The position numbers and the translations under genes were made by a program. DNA of 64,000 nt, the filler included, from a bacterium (GTDB lineage: Bacteria; UBA9089; CG2-30-40-21; SBAY01): the NCBI GenBank assembly GCA_040757115.1. It is 8 parts of 8 records of this genome, joined end to end, with 100 filler letters (N's around TTAATTAATTAA, not from the genome) between each part and the next. Parts side by side here need not be neighbours in the genome. Positions count along the whole stretch, not along the records: positions 51,388 to 59,693 come from JBFLYA010000165.1; positions 59,794 to 64,000 come from JBFLYA010000298.1; 6 more parts are not named here. One strand, written 5' to 3'. The notes under the pieces are model-generated. The model was not told the origin of the DNA. It ran no database searches and saw nothing but the letters and a program-made list of their open reading frames with translations. Shown here piece after piece: positions 51,562-61,836 of this stretch; position 1 is the first letter of the stretch, and each line of letters opens with the position of its first letter.

Positions 51562-52761
51562 ATGGCAAAGCAGAAATTTGAGCGGACAAAACCACATATT
51601 AATGTGGGAACAATTGGTCATATTGACCATGGAAAAACAACCTTAACTTCGGTTATCACGAAGGTTTTATCAATGGCAGGACAGGCAGAATTCAAGGCGT
51701 TTGGTGATATTGATAACGCACCAGAAGAAAGGGAGCGTGGGATAACCATTGCCATAGCCCATGTTGAGTATCAGACACAAAACAGACATTATGCCCACAT
51801 AGATTGTCCTGGGCATGCGGATTACATCAAAAATATGATTACCGGTGCCGCCCAGATGGATGGGGCAATATTGGTTGTTTCAGCGGCAGATGGTCCTATG
51901 CCTCAAACACGAGAACATATTTTATTAGCCCGTCAGGTGGGTGTGCCGTATATCGTTGTATTTTTAAACAAAGTAGATATGGTTGATGACCCGGAATTAT
52001 TGGATTTAGTTGAGTTAGAGGTGCGGGAATTATTGTCTGAATATAATTTTCCGGGCGATGAGATACCTGTGGTTCGAGGTTCAGCATTAAAGGCAACAGA
52101 ATGTGGGTGTGGGAAGAAAGAATGTCCTCACTGTGGGGCAATACATAATTTGATGGAGGCGATAGATACATATATACCCCTTCCGAAGCGAGAGAAGGAT
52201 AAGCCATTTTTATTGGCAGTGGAGGATGTATTTTCGATTACTGGACGAGGGACAGTGGCAACAGGTAGAGCAGAACGAGGGGTGATAAAGACAGGGGATG
52301 CAGTAGAAATAGTAGGGATAAGACCGACGCAGACATCAGTTGTTACAGGGGTTGAGATGTTCAGGAAGACATTAGACCAGGGAGAGGCAGGAGATAATAT
52401 TGGATTATTATTACGAGGGATAGATAAAGAGAAGATAGAGCGAGGGCAGGTAATTGCGGCACCAGAGACGATAACACCACATACGAAATTCAAGGCAGAG
52501 GTATATGTATTGAAAAAGGAAGAGGGTGGTAGACATACACCATTTTTTAAAGGGTATCGACCTCAATTTTATTTTCGGACGACAGATGTGACAGGGGCAA
52601 TAGAATTGCCAGAAGGGATAGAGATGGTAATGCCAGGAGACAATGTGAATATGACGGTTGAATTAATCACACCGATTGCGATGGAGAAAGAGGTTCGATT
52701 TGCCATTCGAGAAGGTGGACATACCGTAGGAGCAGGTGTAGTAACTGAGGTGATTGCATAG
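51562..52761 (+). CDS. tuf: Elongation factor Tu
   Basis: [36 protein letters not shown]. Confidence 0.99.
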   Translation: MAKQKFERTKPHINVGTIGHIDHGKTTLTSVITKVLSMAGQAEFKAFGDIDNAPEERERGITIAIAHVEYQTQNRHYAHIDCPGHADYIKNMITGAAQMDGAILVVSAADGPMPQTREHILLARQVGVPYIVVFLNKVDMVDDPELLDLVELEVRELLSEYNFPGDEIPVVRGSALKATECGCGKKECPHCGAIHNLMEAIDTYIPLPKREKDKPFLLAVEDVFSITGRGTVATGRAERGVIKTGDAVEIVGIRPTQTSVVTGVEMFRKTLDQGEAGDNIGLLLRGIDKEKIERGQVIAAPETITPHTKFKAEVYVLKKEEGGRHTPFFKGYRPQFYFRTTDVTGAIELPEGIEMVMPGDNVNMTVELITPIAMEKEVRFAIREGGHTVGAGVVTEVIA

Positions 52762-52941
52762 AAAACCAAAGAGCATAGACCAAAGGGCAGAAAGCAGAAG
52801 ACAGAAGTCAGGAGACAGAAAAAATGAACCGCACAGACGCAGAGATATAGAGGAAAAGATAAAATAATAATCATACAGAGGCGCAAAAACACAAAGTTAG
52901 TGGGAGTTACCTCTGCGGTGAAAAAAGGATAGCAGATAAAA

Positions 52942-53133
52942 ATGCAATTAGAAAAAGAAAATCGAAAAATTATAGCACAAAAAATATTTGATCTGGGCAA
53001 CTTTGCCATAGCGGCATTAATATTTGGACTCCTGATTTCTAAACAAACTATTAGTCTATGGTTTGTGTGTCTTGGAGTAATATTATATCTTTCCTGTCTG
53101 GCTATTGGAATTATGCTTTTAAAAAGGAAGTAA
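52942..53133 (+). CDS. Small two-TM hypothetical protein
   Basis: IAQKIFDLGNF..ALIFG; two hydrophobic helices. Confidence 0.6.
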   Translation: MQLEKENRKIIAQKIFDLGNFAIAALIFGLLISKQTISLWFVCLGVILYLSCLAIGIMLLKRK

Positions 53134-53137
53134 AACT

Positions 53138-53263
53138 ATGGAAAATATAGGCATAATTATACTGGGTTTAATCATAATTTTATGGGCAGTATTTGGGCCG
53201 GTAATTTTACATGATTGGCGAGATGAAAAAAAACAAAAAATGTATAAAATCAGAGAACATTGA
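53138..53263 (+). CDS. 41-aa single-TM peptide (not in ORF track)
   Basis: MENIGIIILGLIIILWAVFGPVILHDWRDEKKQKMYKIREH; starts 4 nt after previous stop. Confidence 0.5.
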   Translation: MENIGIIILGLIIILWAVFGPVILHDWRDEKKQKMYKIREH

Positions 53264-53285
53264 TGAATAAAGAGGTATTAAATTT

Positions 53286-54110
53286 ATGATAAGGTATCTT
53301 GAGGCAATAGATAGATTACCCATTGAAATCAAACATCCTATATTGGAGGCATTTGAGCTTTTTAAAGACGAGATTGCCAATACAGTCAAAAAGGAAGATT
53401 TTAATGAGTTAAAGTGGATAGTTAGGAAGCTTGCAACTGCCCAAGAGAGTACAGAATCAAAGGTAAAGGAACTTGTCGAAGCTCATAAAGAGGGTGAAAA
53501 AAGGCTTACAAAATTAGAATTATCTGTTTCTGAGCTTGCTGAAGCACAAAAAAGAACAGAGGTAAAGGTAGAAGAACTTGCTGAAGCACAAAAAAGAACA
53601 GAGGTAAAGGTAGAAGAACTTGCCGAAGCACAAAAGATAACAGAACAAGAAATGAGAGAAGGATTTAACTGCTTAAGTAAAAGGATAGATGACCTTGCCC
53701 AGTGTCAAAAGAAAACAGAAGAAGAGATGAGGGAAGGATTTAAGTATTTAACCAATCAAATTACATCACTTGGGAGTAGATGGGGAATTTATAATGAAGG
53801 AACATTTAGAACAACCATAAGAGCCTTAATGTCTCGCCAACCTGGTGTTGAGGTAAGGGAAGGGTTTTATGGTGGTCATCAGGTAGATATTATTATATCA
53901 GGAAGTGAGCATATTCTGTTAGAAATTACCTCCCGGATGCTAACAAAGGATATTCAAAAGATATACGATGCAGGAGATGATTATAAACAAAAGGAAGGTA
54001 TTGAGCCAATTCTGATGGTAGCTACCTCATATATTTCACCCAACCTGATGAAAAAAATGGTTGACTTAAAAAGGAAGATAGAGATATTTTCTTATGAAGA
54101 GGGAGAATAA
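53286..54110 (+). CDS. DUF3782/DUF1626-like coiled-coil plus PD-(D/E)XK-fold protein
   Basis: 42-nt repeats ([14 protein letters not shown]), LGSRWG..NE..FR, VDIII...LLEITS. Confidence 0.7.
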   Translation: MIRYLEAIDRLPIEIKHPILEAFELFKDEIANTVKKEDFNELKWIVRKLATAQESTESKVKELVEAHKEGEKRLTKLELSVSELAEAQKRTEVKVEELAEAQKRTEVKVEELAEAQKITEQEMREGFNCLSKRIDDLAQCQKKTEEEMREGFKYLTNQITSLGSRWGIYNEGTFRTTIRALMSRQPGVEVREGFYGGHQVDIIISGSEHILLEITSRMLTKDIQKIYDAGDDYKQKEGIEPILMVATSYISPNLMKKMVDLKRKIEIFSYEEGE

Positions 54111-54138
54111 AGAAAAATAAGTCAAAAATCAAATTTTT

Positions 54139-54373
54139 GTAACCGTTCAGGTAATCCTTTACCGCAGAGACGCAGAGAAACAGAGAGGAAAATATCTTTT
54201 TTTCGTGTTTTTCGGTGTTTAAAAAGGCTTAAAAACAGTTAGTCGAAAGTAAGTATTAAAAGATTAATAAACAACGAAAGACTCGAAATGCACAAAAAAA
54301 GGAAATTTCTGTCTCAGGTGAATAGATTTTAATTTTTTCTCTGCATCTCTGTGTCTCTGCGGTGAACAATTAC
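54139..54373. mobile_element. MITE, GTAACCGTTCAGG family, degenerate right end
   Basis: GTAACCGTTCAGG ... GTGAACAATTAC; internal CGCAGAGA/TCTCTGCG inverted repeats as in 38205-38312. Confidence 0.6.
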
Positions 54374-54663
54374 TAACTTTTAAATTTGGAATTTCTCTGT
54401 GGTTAAAATTACAAATCTACATTTTCAGAATATGGCTTCACGAAATTAAATAAAGAGATTACTCTCGGAGAGATGTTCTGTTGGTAGAGAGAGGTTTTAC
54501 AAAATTCAAAATATGATTGTCAGGCAAAAACTTCAGAGGGGAAGAAAAACCACAAAGGCACAAAGTTTTTACAATACATTGATGATGTTGGAATTAATTT
54601 CAATCTTTTTTTCGTGTCTTTGTGGTGAGAATTTGAGTTTTTGCCACCTAAAGGAGTATTTGG

Positions 54664-55545
54664 ATGCGTTTTTTAGATGTTAAAACAGATTATGCCTTCA
54701 AAAAGGTTTTTGGCTCTCAAGGGAGTAAGGATATCCTTATTAGCTTTCTTAACTCGGTGATTGATTTTAAAGAGACTGAAAAAATCGTTGATTTAGTAAT
54801 CGTTGACCCCTACCAAATACCATTAATCAAGGGGATGAAGGATACCTATGTCGATGTTAAAGCCAAACTCTCAAACCAGAAGAATGTCATTATCGAGATG
54901 CAGGTTTTGAATGTAGAAGGGTTTGAGAAAAGGATTTTATATAATGCGGCTAAGACATATTCAGCTCAGCTAAAAGAGACAGAATCATTTACCAGCCTTG
55001 AACCTATTATTGCTCTAACCATTACGGACTTTATCATGTTCGAGGATGTAGATAAGGTTATCACCTATTTCAATCTCATTGAAAAGGAGACTTTAATCAA
55101 ATACCATGATGAAATCGAACTTGTTTTTATCGAATTGCCCAAATTCAAGAAGAATGAGGATGAGCTGGATTCAATCAAAGACAAATGGATATATTTTATA
55201 AAGAATGCAGGCAGACTTGAATATACTCCAGAGAGCTTAGTTAAAGAGATAGAAATAAAGGAGGCATTTGAAATAGCCAATACTGCGGGGATGAGTGAAA
55301 AGGAGTTAGAAATTCAATATAAGCGGCACGATTTTATCCGAATGCAAAGAGGTGCGATAGAGTTTGCCTTAAAACAAGGGTTAAAACAAGGAATACAACA
55401 AGGAATACAACAAGGAATACAACAAGGCAAAATAGAAGTAGCGAAAAGTCTTTTGAAATCAGGGGAGAAAGTTGAAAAAATATCTCAGGTAACGGGATTA
55501 ACAATAGAGGAAATTAAGGGTATTAATTATAGTGAAAGACATTAA
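54664..55545 (+). CDS. Rpn family PD-(D/E)XK nuclease/putative transposase
   Basis: DYAFKKVFG, DVKA...IIEMQ, FIELPKF, (QQGI)n, ISQVTGLTIEEI. Confidence 0.9.
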   Translation: MRFLDVKTDYAFKKVFGSQGSKDILISFLNSVIDFKETEKIVDLVIVDPYQIPLIKGMKDTYVDVKAKLSNQKNVIIEMQVLNVEGFEKRILYNAAKTYSAQLKETESFTSLEPIIALTITDFIMFEDVDKVITYFNLIEKETLIKYHDEIELVFIELPKFKKNEDELDSIKDKWIYFIKNAGRLEYTPESLVKEIEIKEAFEIANTAGMSEKELEIQYKRHDFIRMQRGAIEFALKQGLKQGIQQGIQQGIQQGKIEVAKSLLKSGEKVEKISQVTGLTIEEIKGINYSERH

Positions 55546-55741
55546 TGTGGCCCACGATTTGTGATGATTACCTGAGTATTTACACCTGTGAACGGTTATC
55601 ATTTATGGTTACTTGAATTAGGGCTTCACGAAATTAAATAAAGTAAAATAAATGGAGAGGTGTGTTTGTAAGTTTATTTAAATCAAAGAGTTATGAATTT
55701 CATGAAAGGCTATTTTCAGGAAACAAGGAGGTAAAAGGTAA

Positions 55742-56593
55742 ATGAATTCTTTTAAAACCTTTGTGTTACTTTTAGGTTTAACCTTACTTTTAATATTTGT
55801 TGGTCAGGCTGTTGGTGGTAGAGAAGGTGCGACTTACGCCTTTGGAATAGCATTACTAATGAATTTTGGGAGTTACTGGTTTTCAGATAAGATTGTTTTA
55901 GCTATGTATCGAGCTAAACCGGTAACACAAAAAGAGTCACCTAAATTACATCGGATTGTAGATAATCTATGTCAATTTAGTCAATTACCAAAACCAAAGG
56001 TTTATATTATTCCTGAGCTTACTCCTAATGCCTTTGCTACGGGTAGAAATCCAAACCATGCGGCGGTGGCTGTAACTGATGGAATACTTCAATTATTAAG
56101 CGAAGATGAGTTAGAAGGAGTTTTAGCCCATGAATTGGCTCATATTAAAAATCGGGATATTTTGATTGCGACTATTGCCGCAACTATTGTGGGTGCAATC
56201 AGCTGGATGATTCATTTTGCCAGATGGATACCAATAGGCCGAAGCGATGATGAAGAAGGAAGTAATCCATTAGCATTTATAGTGATGCTTATTGTTGCTC
56301 CTATAGCCGCAATGCTGATTCAAATGGCTATCTCACGCTCGCGGGAATATTTAGCCGATGCCTCTGGTGCACAGATGTGTGGAAAACCACTAAGTCTTGC
56401 CAATGCCTTACGAAAATTAACGCTTGGTGTTCAACGCCTACCAATGGACGCTAACCCAGCTACGGCTCATTTGTTTATTGTCAACCCACTCCTGGGTGGT
56501 GGTTTAATGACGCTATTTAGCACTCATCCACCTATAGAATCAAGAATAGCAAAATTAGAAAATCAGGTTATCGGTAATGAGGTAACCAGGTAA
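55742..56593 (+). CDS. htpX: Zinc metalloprotease HtpX
   Basis: [31 protein letters not shown]. Confidence 0.95.
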   Translation: MNSFKTFVLLLGLTLLLIFVGQAVGGREGATYAFGIALLMNFGSYWFSDKIVLAMYRAKPVTQKESPKLHRIVDNLCQFSQLPKPKVYIIPELTPNAFATGRNPNHAAVAVTDGILQLLSEDELEGVLAHELAHIKNRDILIATIAATIVGAISWMIHFARWIPIGRSDDEEGSNPLAFIVMLIVAPIAAMLIQMAISRSREYLADASGAQMCGKPLSLANALRKLTLGVQRLPMDANPATAHLFIVNPLLGGGLMTLFSTHPPIESRIAKLENQVIGNEVTR

Positions 56594-57349
56594 TTGGAGG
56601 AAATTTTTATGTCAAATGTAAAGATTGGCTCAATAATATTACGAGTCCTTAGTGTCATAGCCGTTTTATTAATAATGGTCGTAGTGGGCACGGCTATATA
56701 TATCTTTTTACCTACATCTGCGGTGGGAAAAACGGTTATTGTTCCAGATGTAACCGGAAAACATTTAATCAATGCCACAAATATTTTATGTAAGTCTAAA
56801 CTGAGGGTTAATAAGATTTATGAGGAACATTCCCTGGAGAAAAATTATATTATTTCCCAGGACCCTCTACCGGGAACAAAGGTAAAATCAGGAAGGACGA
56901 TAGACTTAAAAGTAAGTATGGGCAACTCTATGGTTATTCGAGTTCCAAATCTTCAAAATATTCCTCTTACAGAAGCAAAACATCATCTTAACCGCTTATC
57001 AAATCAAAAATTACAGACAGGGCAAATATCTTATATATACTCTTCGGTAGAAAAAGATTATGTCATTGCTCAAAGCCCGCTCCCTAAAACAAAATTACCA
57101 GAGAATTCTAAAATAAACCTGCTTATCAGCCTGGGTAATAGACCGCTTAGTTTTTATATGCCTGAATTAACTGGCATGAAACTTGATGAGGCAACTGAAT
57201 TAGTTAAAAAAATAGGCTTAAGGATAACTCGAATCCGCGAAGAAATATCCACTGAATATGAACGAGGAACAATCATCAATCAAAAACCCCTTTATGGATA
57301 TAGAGTTACAATTGGGGATGGGCTGACATTAACGGTAGCAAATAAATAG
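56594..57349 (+). CDS. Membrane-anchored triple PASTA-domain protein
   Basis: VPDVTG...IISQDP; VPNL...VIAQSP; MPELTG...IINQKP. Confidence 0.9.
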   Translation: MEEIFMSNVKIGSIILRVLSVIAVLLIMVVVGTAIYIFLPTSAVGKTVIVPDVTGKHLINATNILCKSKLRVNKIYEEHSLEKNYIISQDPLPGTKVKSGRTIDLKVSMGNSMVIRVPNLQNIPLTEAKHHLNRLSNQKLQTGQISYIYSSVEKDYVIAQSPLPKTKLPENSKINLLISLGNRPLSFYMPELTGMKLDEATELVKKIGLRITRIREEISTEYERGTIINQKPLYGYRVTIGDGLTLTVANK

Positions 57350-57354
57350 ATAAA

Positions 57355-59382
57355 ATGGCTAAGAAGAAAAAATCTGTCAAGAAAAAATCCAAACAAGGTT
57401 TTACGGCTATCTTTAACAAGGAAGAAAACTTTTCTCACCTTTCCTTTCCACAAATACTTATTGGCTTACTTATCTTTATTGTCTCTTTCTTCATTTACTT
57501 AAAGACACTGACACCTACGGTTGGCTATCATGATTCTGGAGATATGACCGTAGCGGCATTTTTGTTAGGTATCCCTCATCCACCTGGTTATCCTCTTTAT
57601 TGTCTCTGTGGAAAATTATTTACCTGCATTCCAATAGGAAATATCGCCTATCGACTAAATATGATTTCTGGTTTATTTGGGGCATTAACCGTGATGATGG
57701 TATATTTTATTACTTTAAAAATAGGAAGTAGGAAGTGGGAAGCAGGAAATAAAGAGAATAAACTCATCCCTCATCTCTTATCCTTCATCCCTGCGGTAGT
57801 AGCAAGTTTTATGTTGGCATTTGCCGTGACATTCTGGGAACAGGCAGTTATTGCCGAAAAATATACCTTAAATGCCCTGTTTGCCACGCTTTTAATCTTT
57901 ATCTTACTAAAGTGGGCAGAACCAATGAGCACGGAGCAAAAAACTCAAAACTATCTCTACCTATTTTCTTTCCTCCTTGGTTTAGCCTTCACTCATCACC
58001 TCCAGACCATCTTCCTTATTCCAGCAGGTATTTATTTGGTTTTTATAACCATTGGTCGGAATTATAAAAAAATTTTAAACATACCATTTATCATTAAAAA
58101 TCTTATCCTTTTGGGGCTACCACTCTTTTTATATCTTTATTTACCTGTCCGAGCGATGGCGAAACCACTGGCTAATTGGGGAGACCCTTCAACCTTTGAA
58201 CGATTTAAGGAACATATTACGGCTGAGGCTTATAGTGGTTTTTTTGTGATGAACACCCTTTTTCAGAATTTAATAGAGCACCTGAGCACATTTTTTGTTC
58301 ATCAGATAACTTTACTCCCGGTTATATTTGGCTTATTAGGGGGAATAATACTTTTTATCAAAAGAAAACATCTGGCTATCTTCTTGCTCATTATTGTTAT
58401 TGCGGATACCATTCATTCGATTCGATATACTATTCCAAATATAGAAGATTACTACATCCCGGCGTTTATTATCATTAGTATCTGGATAGGACAAGGAATA
58501 GTCGGAATTATAGAGCTCGGAATTAAAAACTGGAAATTAAATCCATATCTCTATCTCCTTTTCTTACTTTTACCAGTTTTGCCATTATTAACTCATTATC
58601 AACATAATGATAGAAGTAAATATTATTTACCTTACGACCATTGTATGAATATTTTAAACTCTCTAAAAGAAAATGCCCTTTTGATTACTAAAGGAGATGA
58701 TGACCTATTTCCTATCTGGTATTTGCAATATATTGAAAAAAGGCGGGAAGATGTTGCCCCTTTTAATATGATATTATTTAAGAATCCATGGCATATAGAA
58801 CAAAACAAAAGACAACATCCATATCTCAACTTAAGTATTGAGCCGAAAAGGATTGTTAAATCCACAAATCCTCAAGGTGATGGATTAGATGATATTAGCC
58901 GCTCAAGGCTGGTAGATACCGTTACCCGAAATTATGAGAGATACCCTACTTATAGTTATTATATTGATTGTCTGTCTAAAGATTACTCATTGGTGATTGA
59001 GGGATTACTTTGTCGGGTATTACCTTCAGCGGATAATAATAGGCTATTGGCAGGACTTGACGAACATAAAAACTGGCTTAAATGGGCAAGAGGACTCTCA
59101 AAGATTAAAGATAGAAGAGGTATTGATACGCTTAAAACTTATGCGATGACATATTTAAATCGCGGGACAACATATTTTACCGCAGGTAAATTCGAATCCG
59201 CAATGGAGGAGTTTAAGGCTGGGATAAAGATTCAACCTGCCTCCATAGACCTGCATTATAATCTTGGCGGAACTTACCTTAATCTTGGCAGGCGTAATGA
59301 GGCAATTAATGAATTCAAAAAGGTATTGGAACTCAACCCAAATTATCTTCCAGCAAAAAATGTTTTATCAGGATTAAGTTAG
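57355..59382 (+). CDS. DUF2723 membrane glycosyltransferase with C-terminal TPR
   Basis: TLTPTVGYHDSGD, GIPHPPGYPLY, FWEQAVIAEKYTLN, NWGDP. Confidence 0.88.
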   Translation: MAKKKKSVKKKSKQGFTAIFNKEENFSHLSFPQILIGLLIFIVSFFIYLKTLTPTVGYHDSGDMTVAAFLLGIPHPPGYPLYCLCGKLFTCIPIGNIAYRLNMISGLFGALTVMMVYFITLKIGSRKWEAGNKENKLIPHLLSFIPAVVASFMLAFAVTFWEQAVIAEKYTLNALFATLLIFILLKWAEPMSTEQKTQNYLYLFSFLLGLAFTHHLQTIFLIPAGIYLVFITIGRNYKKILNIPFIIKNLILLGLPLFLYLYLPVRAMAKPLANWGDPSTFERFKEHITAEAYSGFFVMNTLFQNLIEHLSTFFVHQITLLPVIFGLLGGIILFIKRKHLAIFLLIIVIADTIHSIRYTIPNIEDYYIPAFIIISIWIGQGIVGIIELGIKNWKLNPYLYLLFLLLPVLPLLTHYQHNDRSKYYLPYDHCMNILNSLKENALLITKGDDDLFPIWYLQYIEKRREDVAPFNMILFKNPWHIEQNKRQHPYLNLSIEPKRIVKSTNPQGDGLDDISRSRLVDTVTRNYERYPTYSYYIDCLSKDYSLVIEGLLCRVLPSADNNRLLAGLDEHKNWLKWARGLSKIKDRRGIDTLKTYAMTYLNRGTTYFTAGKFESAMEEFKAGIKIQPASIDLHYNLGGTYLNLGRRNEAINEFKKVLELNPNYLPAKNVLSGLS

Positions 59383-59407
59383 AGGATAAATATTGGGTAA
59401 CTATTTA

Positions 59408-59693
59408 GGTGGTGTCTGAAAATAACTCTAATAGTGAAATCTATGCAGATTTGGTGTCCAAAAGGGATTTCCTCCAAAGAGCAAAATGCAAAACTCGTTT
59501 ATAGTTTATGGTTTATAGTGTATAGTTTATAGTGTATAGTTTATAGTCCTTCAACTATCAACTATAAACTATCTTTGCCAAAGTTCAGTAAAATTATCTC
59601 TTTCCTTTCAGCGTTAAAATACTTGAAGCAAAGATATTACCAAACTCCTCCAACTCTTTGAGAAACCCTGCTACTTCCTCTTTGAAATTTGAT
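59408..59693. mobile_element. Composite repeat: GGTGGTGTCTGAAAAT end, TTTATAG/CTATCAA heptamer hairpin, four-helix-bundle remnant
   Basis: Blocks shared with 8489-8575, 33472-33665 and 42951-43185. Confidence 0.75.
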
Positions 59694-59866
59694 NNNNNNN
59701 NNNNNNNNNNNNNNNNNNNNNNNNNNNNNNNNNNNNNTTAATTAATTAANNNNNNNNNNNNNNNNNNNNNNNNNNNNNNNNNNNNNNNNNNNNATAGAAG
59801 GAGGCCAATGTCAATCATTTTTGTTAAAAAATCTACAGATTTTTTAACAGATTAACTACTGATATA

Positions 59867-60295
59867 TCAAGGGGTTAACGCTATTCTGGTTAGCTCACTT
59901 GCCGATTGCAGGTTTATATGAGCATTTCCATGGACTGGTTCCAAAAAGTCTAGTTTTTCGCATATTTCAAATTCGTTGCATTCCCAACATCCTTTAATTT
60001 TTCTCTTCTGACAACACTTTCTTATCTTGCAGAAAGGTGGACCACCTCCATTCTTGCATCCCTTCTTACAACGAAATTTGACCATGGTTCCCAGGACTTC
60101 ATAGCACCTGTCGTAGTCCTTAAAGACTTTGCCAAAACCTTCGTCTGCAATAAACTCTGCAAACTTGTCATACCTGCATGACCTCAATTCTTTCCTAAGA
60201 TCTCTTGCCAAATCAGGAATTTTGCCAGTATAGCCGTGGCAATCTCCGCAGTAGAGACCACAATATGCAATCAAATTTTTATCTTCCGCCTTCAT
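59867..60295 (-). CDS. DUF3795 Cys-rich protein, integron cassette; C-terminus probably replaced
   Basis: AYCGLYCGDC...C..GC...CKIRKCC...GCWECNEF..C; diverges from paralog 61837 after HGNAHI. Confidence 0.8.
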   Translation of the reverse strand: MKAEDKNLIAYCGLYCGDCHGYTGKIPDLARDLRKELRSCRYDKFAEFIADEGFGKVFKDYDRCYEVLGTMVKFRCKKGCKNGGGPPFCKIRKCCQKRKIKGCWECNEFEICEKLDFLEPVHGNAHINLQSASELTRIALTP

Positions 60296-60312
60296 CTTTT
60301 TCTCCTCCTGCC

Positions 60313-60372
60313 ACCTAACGATTGAGTTCAGCGGCGGCGTGAAACGCCGTCCGCTTCAGCGATTGGTTATAT
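60313..60372 (-). mobile_element. attC site (60 bp)
   Basis: Minus strand ATATAAC-CAATC-GCTGAAGC...GCTGAAC-TCAATC-GTTAGGT; MBL stop codon lies in R''. Confidence 0.9.
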
Positions 60373-61077
60373 GGTTTCTTGTTTTTTATTTAAACATTTC
60401 TTTAATTCTTCAACGGAAAAACACTTGCCGTGTGCAGGATATATAGTAATAGCACCACATTGTATTATTTTTCCCCAGCTTTTATATACTTCATTAAAAC
60501 TCTCTGCTTCAAGTGGTCTAACTTTTTGTCCAAACACTCTTAATGTATTCATTGCAACATCTCCAACAAAAATATCTCCAGATGAAAGAAGTAATGAAAT
60601 AGAATCTTTTGAATGCCCAGGTGTATGAATTATTTTACCTTGAATACCTGTAAGATTATAAATATCAACGCGATCATTATTGACAATTATATCGTAATTT
60701 GTCAAGTTTATGGGGGTATAGTTATATTTAATAAAAGGAGATAAAATCATATCAAGCAATTTCACCCATATATTATAGCTTTTAGTTTTCTTGGTATATG
60801 TCATTCCTTTTTGCATATAATTGATTGCATTTTTATGTGCAATTATCTTACAATTTGATTCTTTACGTATATCCTCAACTAAAGCAGCATGATCATGGTG
60901 ATGATGGGTTAGTAAAATATATTTTATCGAATCAACGCAAATATTAAGTTTACTCAACTTATTTTTAAAATCACTATATTTCCCCACCCAGCCACAGTCT
61001 ATAAGTAAATAACCTTCCTTACATTTCAACAGATAGTAATTAGTATCATTAATTACGATAATATATACATCTTTCAT
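60367..61077 (-). CDS. MBL-fold metallo-hydrolase, integron cassette
   Basis: LIDCG, THHHHDH, HTPGHS, FVGD, YPAHG. Confidence 0.9.
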   Translation of the reverse strand: MKDVYIIVINDTNYYLLKCKEGYLLIDCGWVGKYSDFKNKLSKLNICVDSIKYILLTHHHHDHAALVEDIRKESNCKIIAHKNAINYMQKGMTYTKKTKSYNIWVKLLDMILSPFIKYNYTPINLTNYDIIVNNDRVDIYNLTGIQGKIIHTPGHSKDSISLLLSSGDIFVGDVAMNTLRVFGQKVRPLEAESFNEVYKSWGKIIQCGAITIYPAHGKCFSVEELKKCLNKKQETI

Positions 61078-61089
61078 AATATTTGCTGC

Positions 61090-61151
61090 ATATAACGACC
61101 AAGCTCACCTGCCCGAGCGAAGCGAGGGTCAGGTGCAGCGATGGGTTAGAC
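61090..61151 (-). mobile_element. attC site (62 bp)
   Basis: GTCTAAC-CCATC-GCTGCACC...GGTGAGC-TTGGTC-GTTATAT; extra base in L'' fixes minus orientation. Confidence 0.92.
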
Positions 61152-61316
61152 TGTCTTTTTACCACGAAGAGCACGAAGGTCACGAAGATTGGACAAGGCA
61201 AATCTTTTTATGCCTTCTTTCAACCTTTCTACATTAAAATTTTGCTAACTTTATTAGATATTTCATCAAATTTCACTTCGTGCTCTTCGTGTCCTTCGTG
61301 GTTTTAATCTCTTTTA
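61152..61316 (-). pseudogene. Non-coding cassette holding an internally deleted GxxExxY-like gene in 9-mer inverted repeats
   Basis: GTG-KFDEISNKV joined out of frame to NFNVERLKEGIKRF; flanked by CACGAAG / CTTCGTG arrays. Confidence 0.65.
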
Positions 61317-61379
61317 GTCTAACGATTGAGCTAAGCTGCGGCGGGCTTGCCCGCCGTCAGCTTCAGCGATTGGTTAAGC
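61317..61379 (-). mobile_element. attC site (63 bp)
   Basis: GCTTAAC-CAATC-GCTGAAGC...GCTTAGC-TCAATC-GTTAGAC. Confidence 0.9.
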
Positions 61380-61487
61380 TTTTAATGGTCGCTGTCCCTA
61401 TTTTTGCTATTTATTTCCAGGGCTGCCACCACTTTTTCACTGTTTTTGGTTGCCGTGTTGTTAGATGGTTATCCTCTTTGTGATCTT

Positions 61488-61760
61488 TCAACCCCAAATG
61501 GCTTTATGGACTATATCCTCTGGTTTATATCCTAACTCTTCCAATTTATTCTTTAGTATCTTTAATTGCAATAAAGGACAACTTGCATCTTCACACGCTT
61601 CATCTGGATCTGTCGTATGTTCATATTCCAGATGGAAGCATATCCAATGCATTTTTTCAAATGTTTCATAATCTTTTCTATGTTTTTTGACTGGTTTACC
61701 ACATCTAACACAAATTAAATCTCTGTCATTTTGACCCACTATTGTCTCCCGTCTTTCCAT
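61488..61760 (-). CDS. Small Cys/His zinc-binding hypothetical, integron cassette (start may be GTG ~61739)
   Basis: CVRC...MHWICFHLEYEH...DPDEAC...CP. Confidence 0.7.
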   Translation of the reverse strand: MERRETIVGQNDRDLICVRCGKPVKKHRKDYETFEKMHWICFHLEYEHTTDPDEACEDASCPLLQLKILKNKLEELGYKPEDIVHKAIWG

Positions 61761-61818
61761 CTAACCACAGAGCTCACCTGCCCGCCAAAGGCGGGTCAGG
61801 TGCAGCGATTGGTTATAT
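61759..61818 (-). mobile_element. attC site (60 bp)
   Basis: ATATAAC-CAATC-GCTGCACC...GGTGAGC-TCTGTG-GTTAGAT. Confidence 0.92.
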
Positions 61819-61836
61819 GGAACCATGTTCAGCCCA

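Noticed and set aside
60367-61077. Metallo-beta-lactamase resistance gene
   Set aside because: No signal peptide and only generic MBL-fold motifs; resistance is unsupported.
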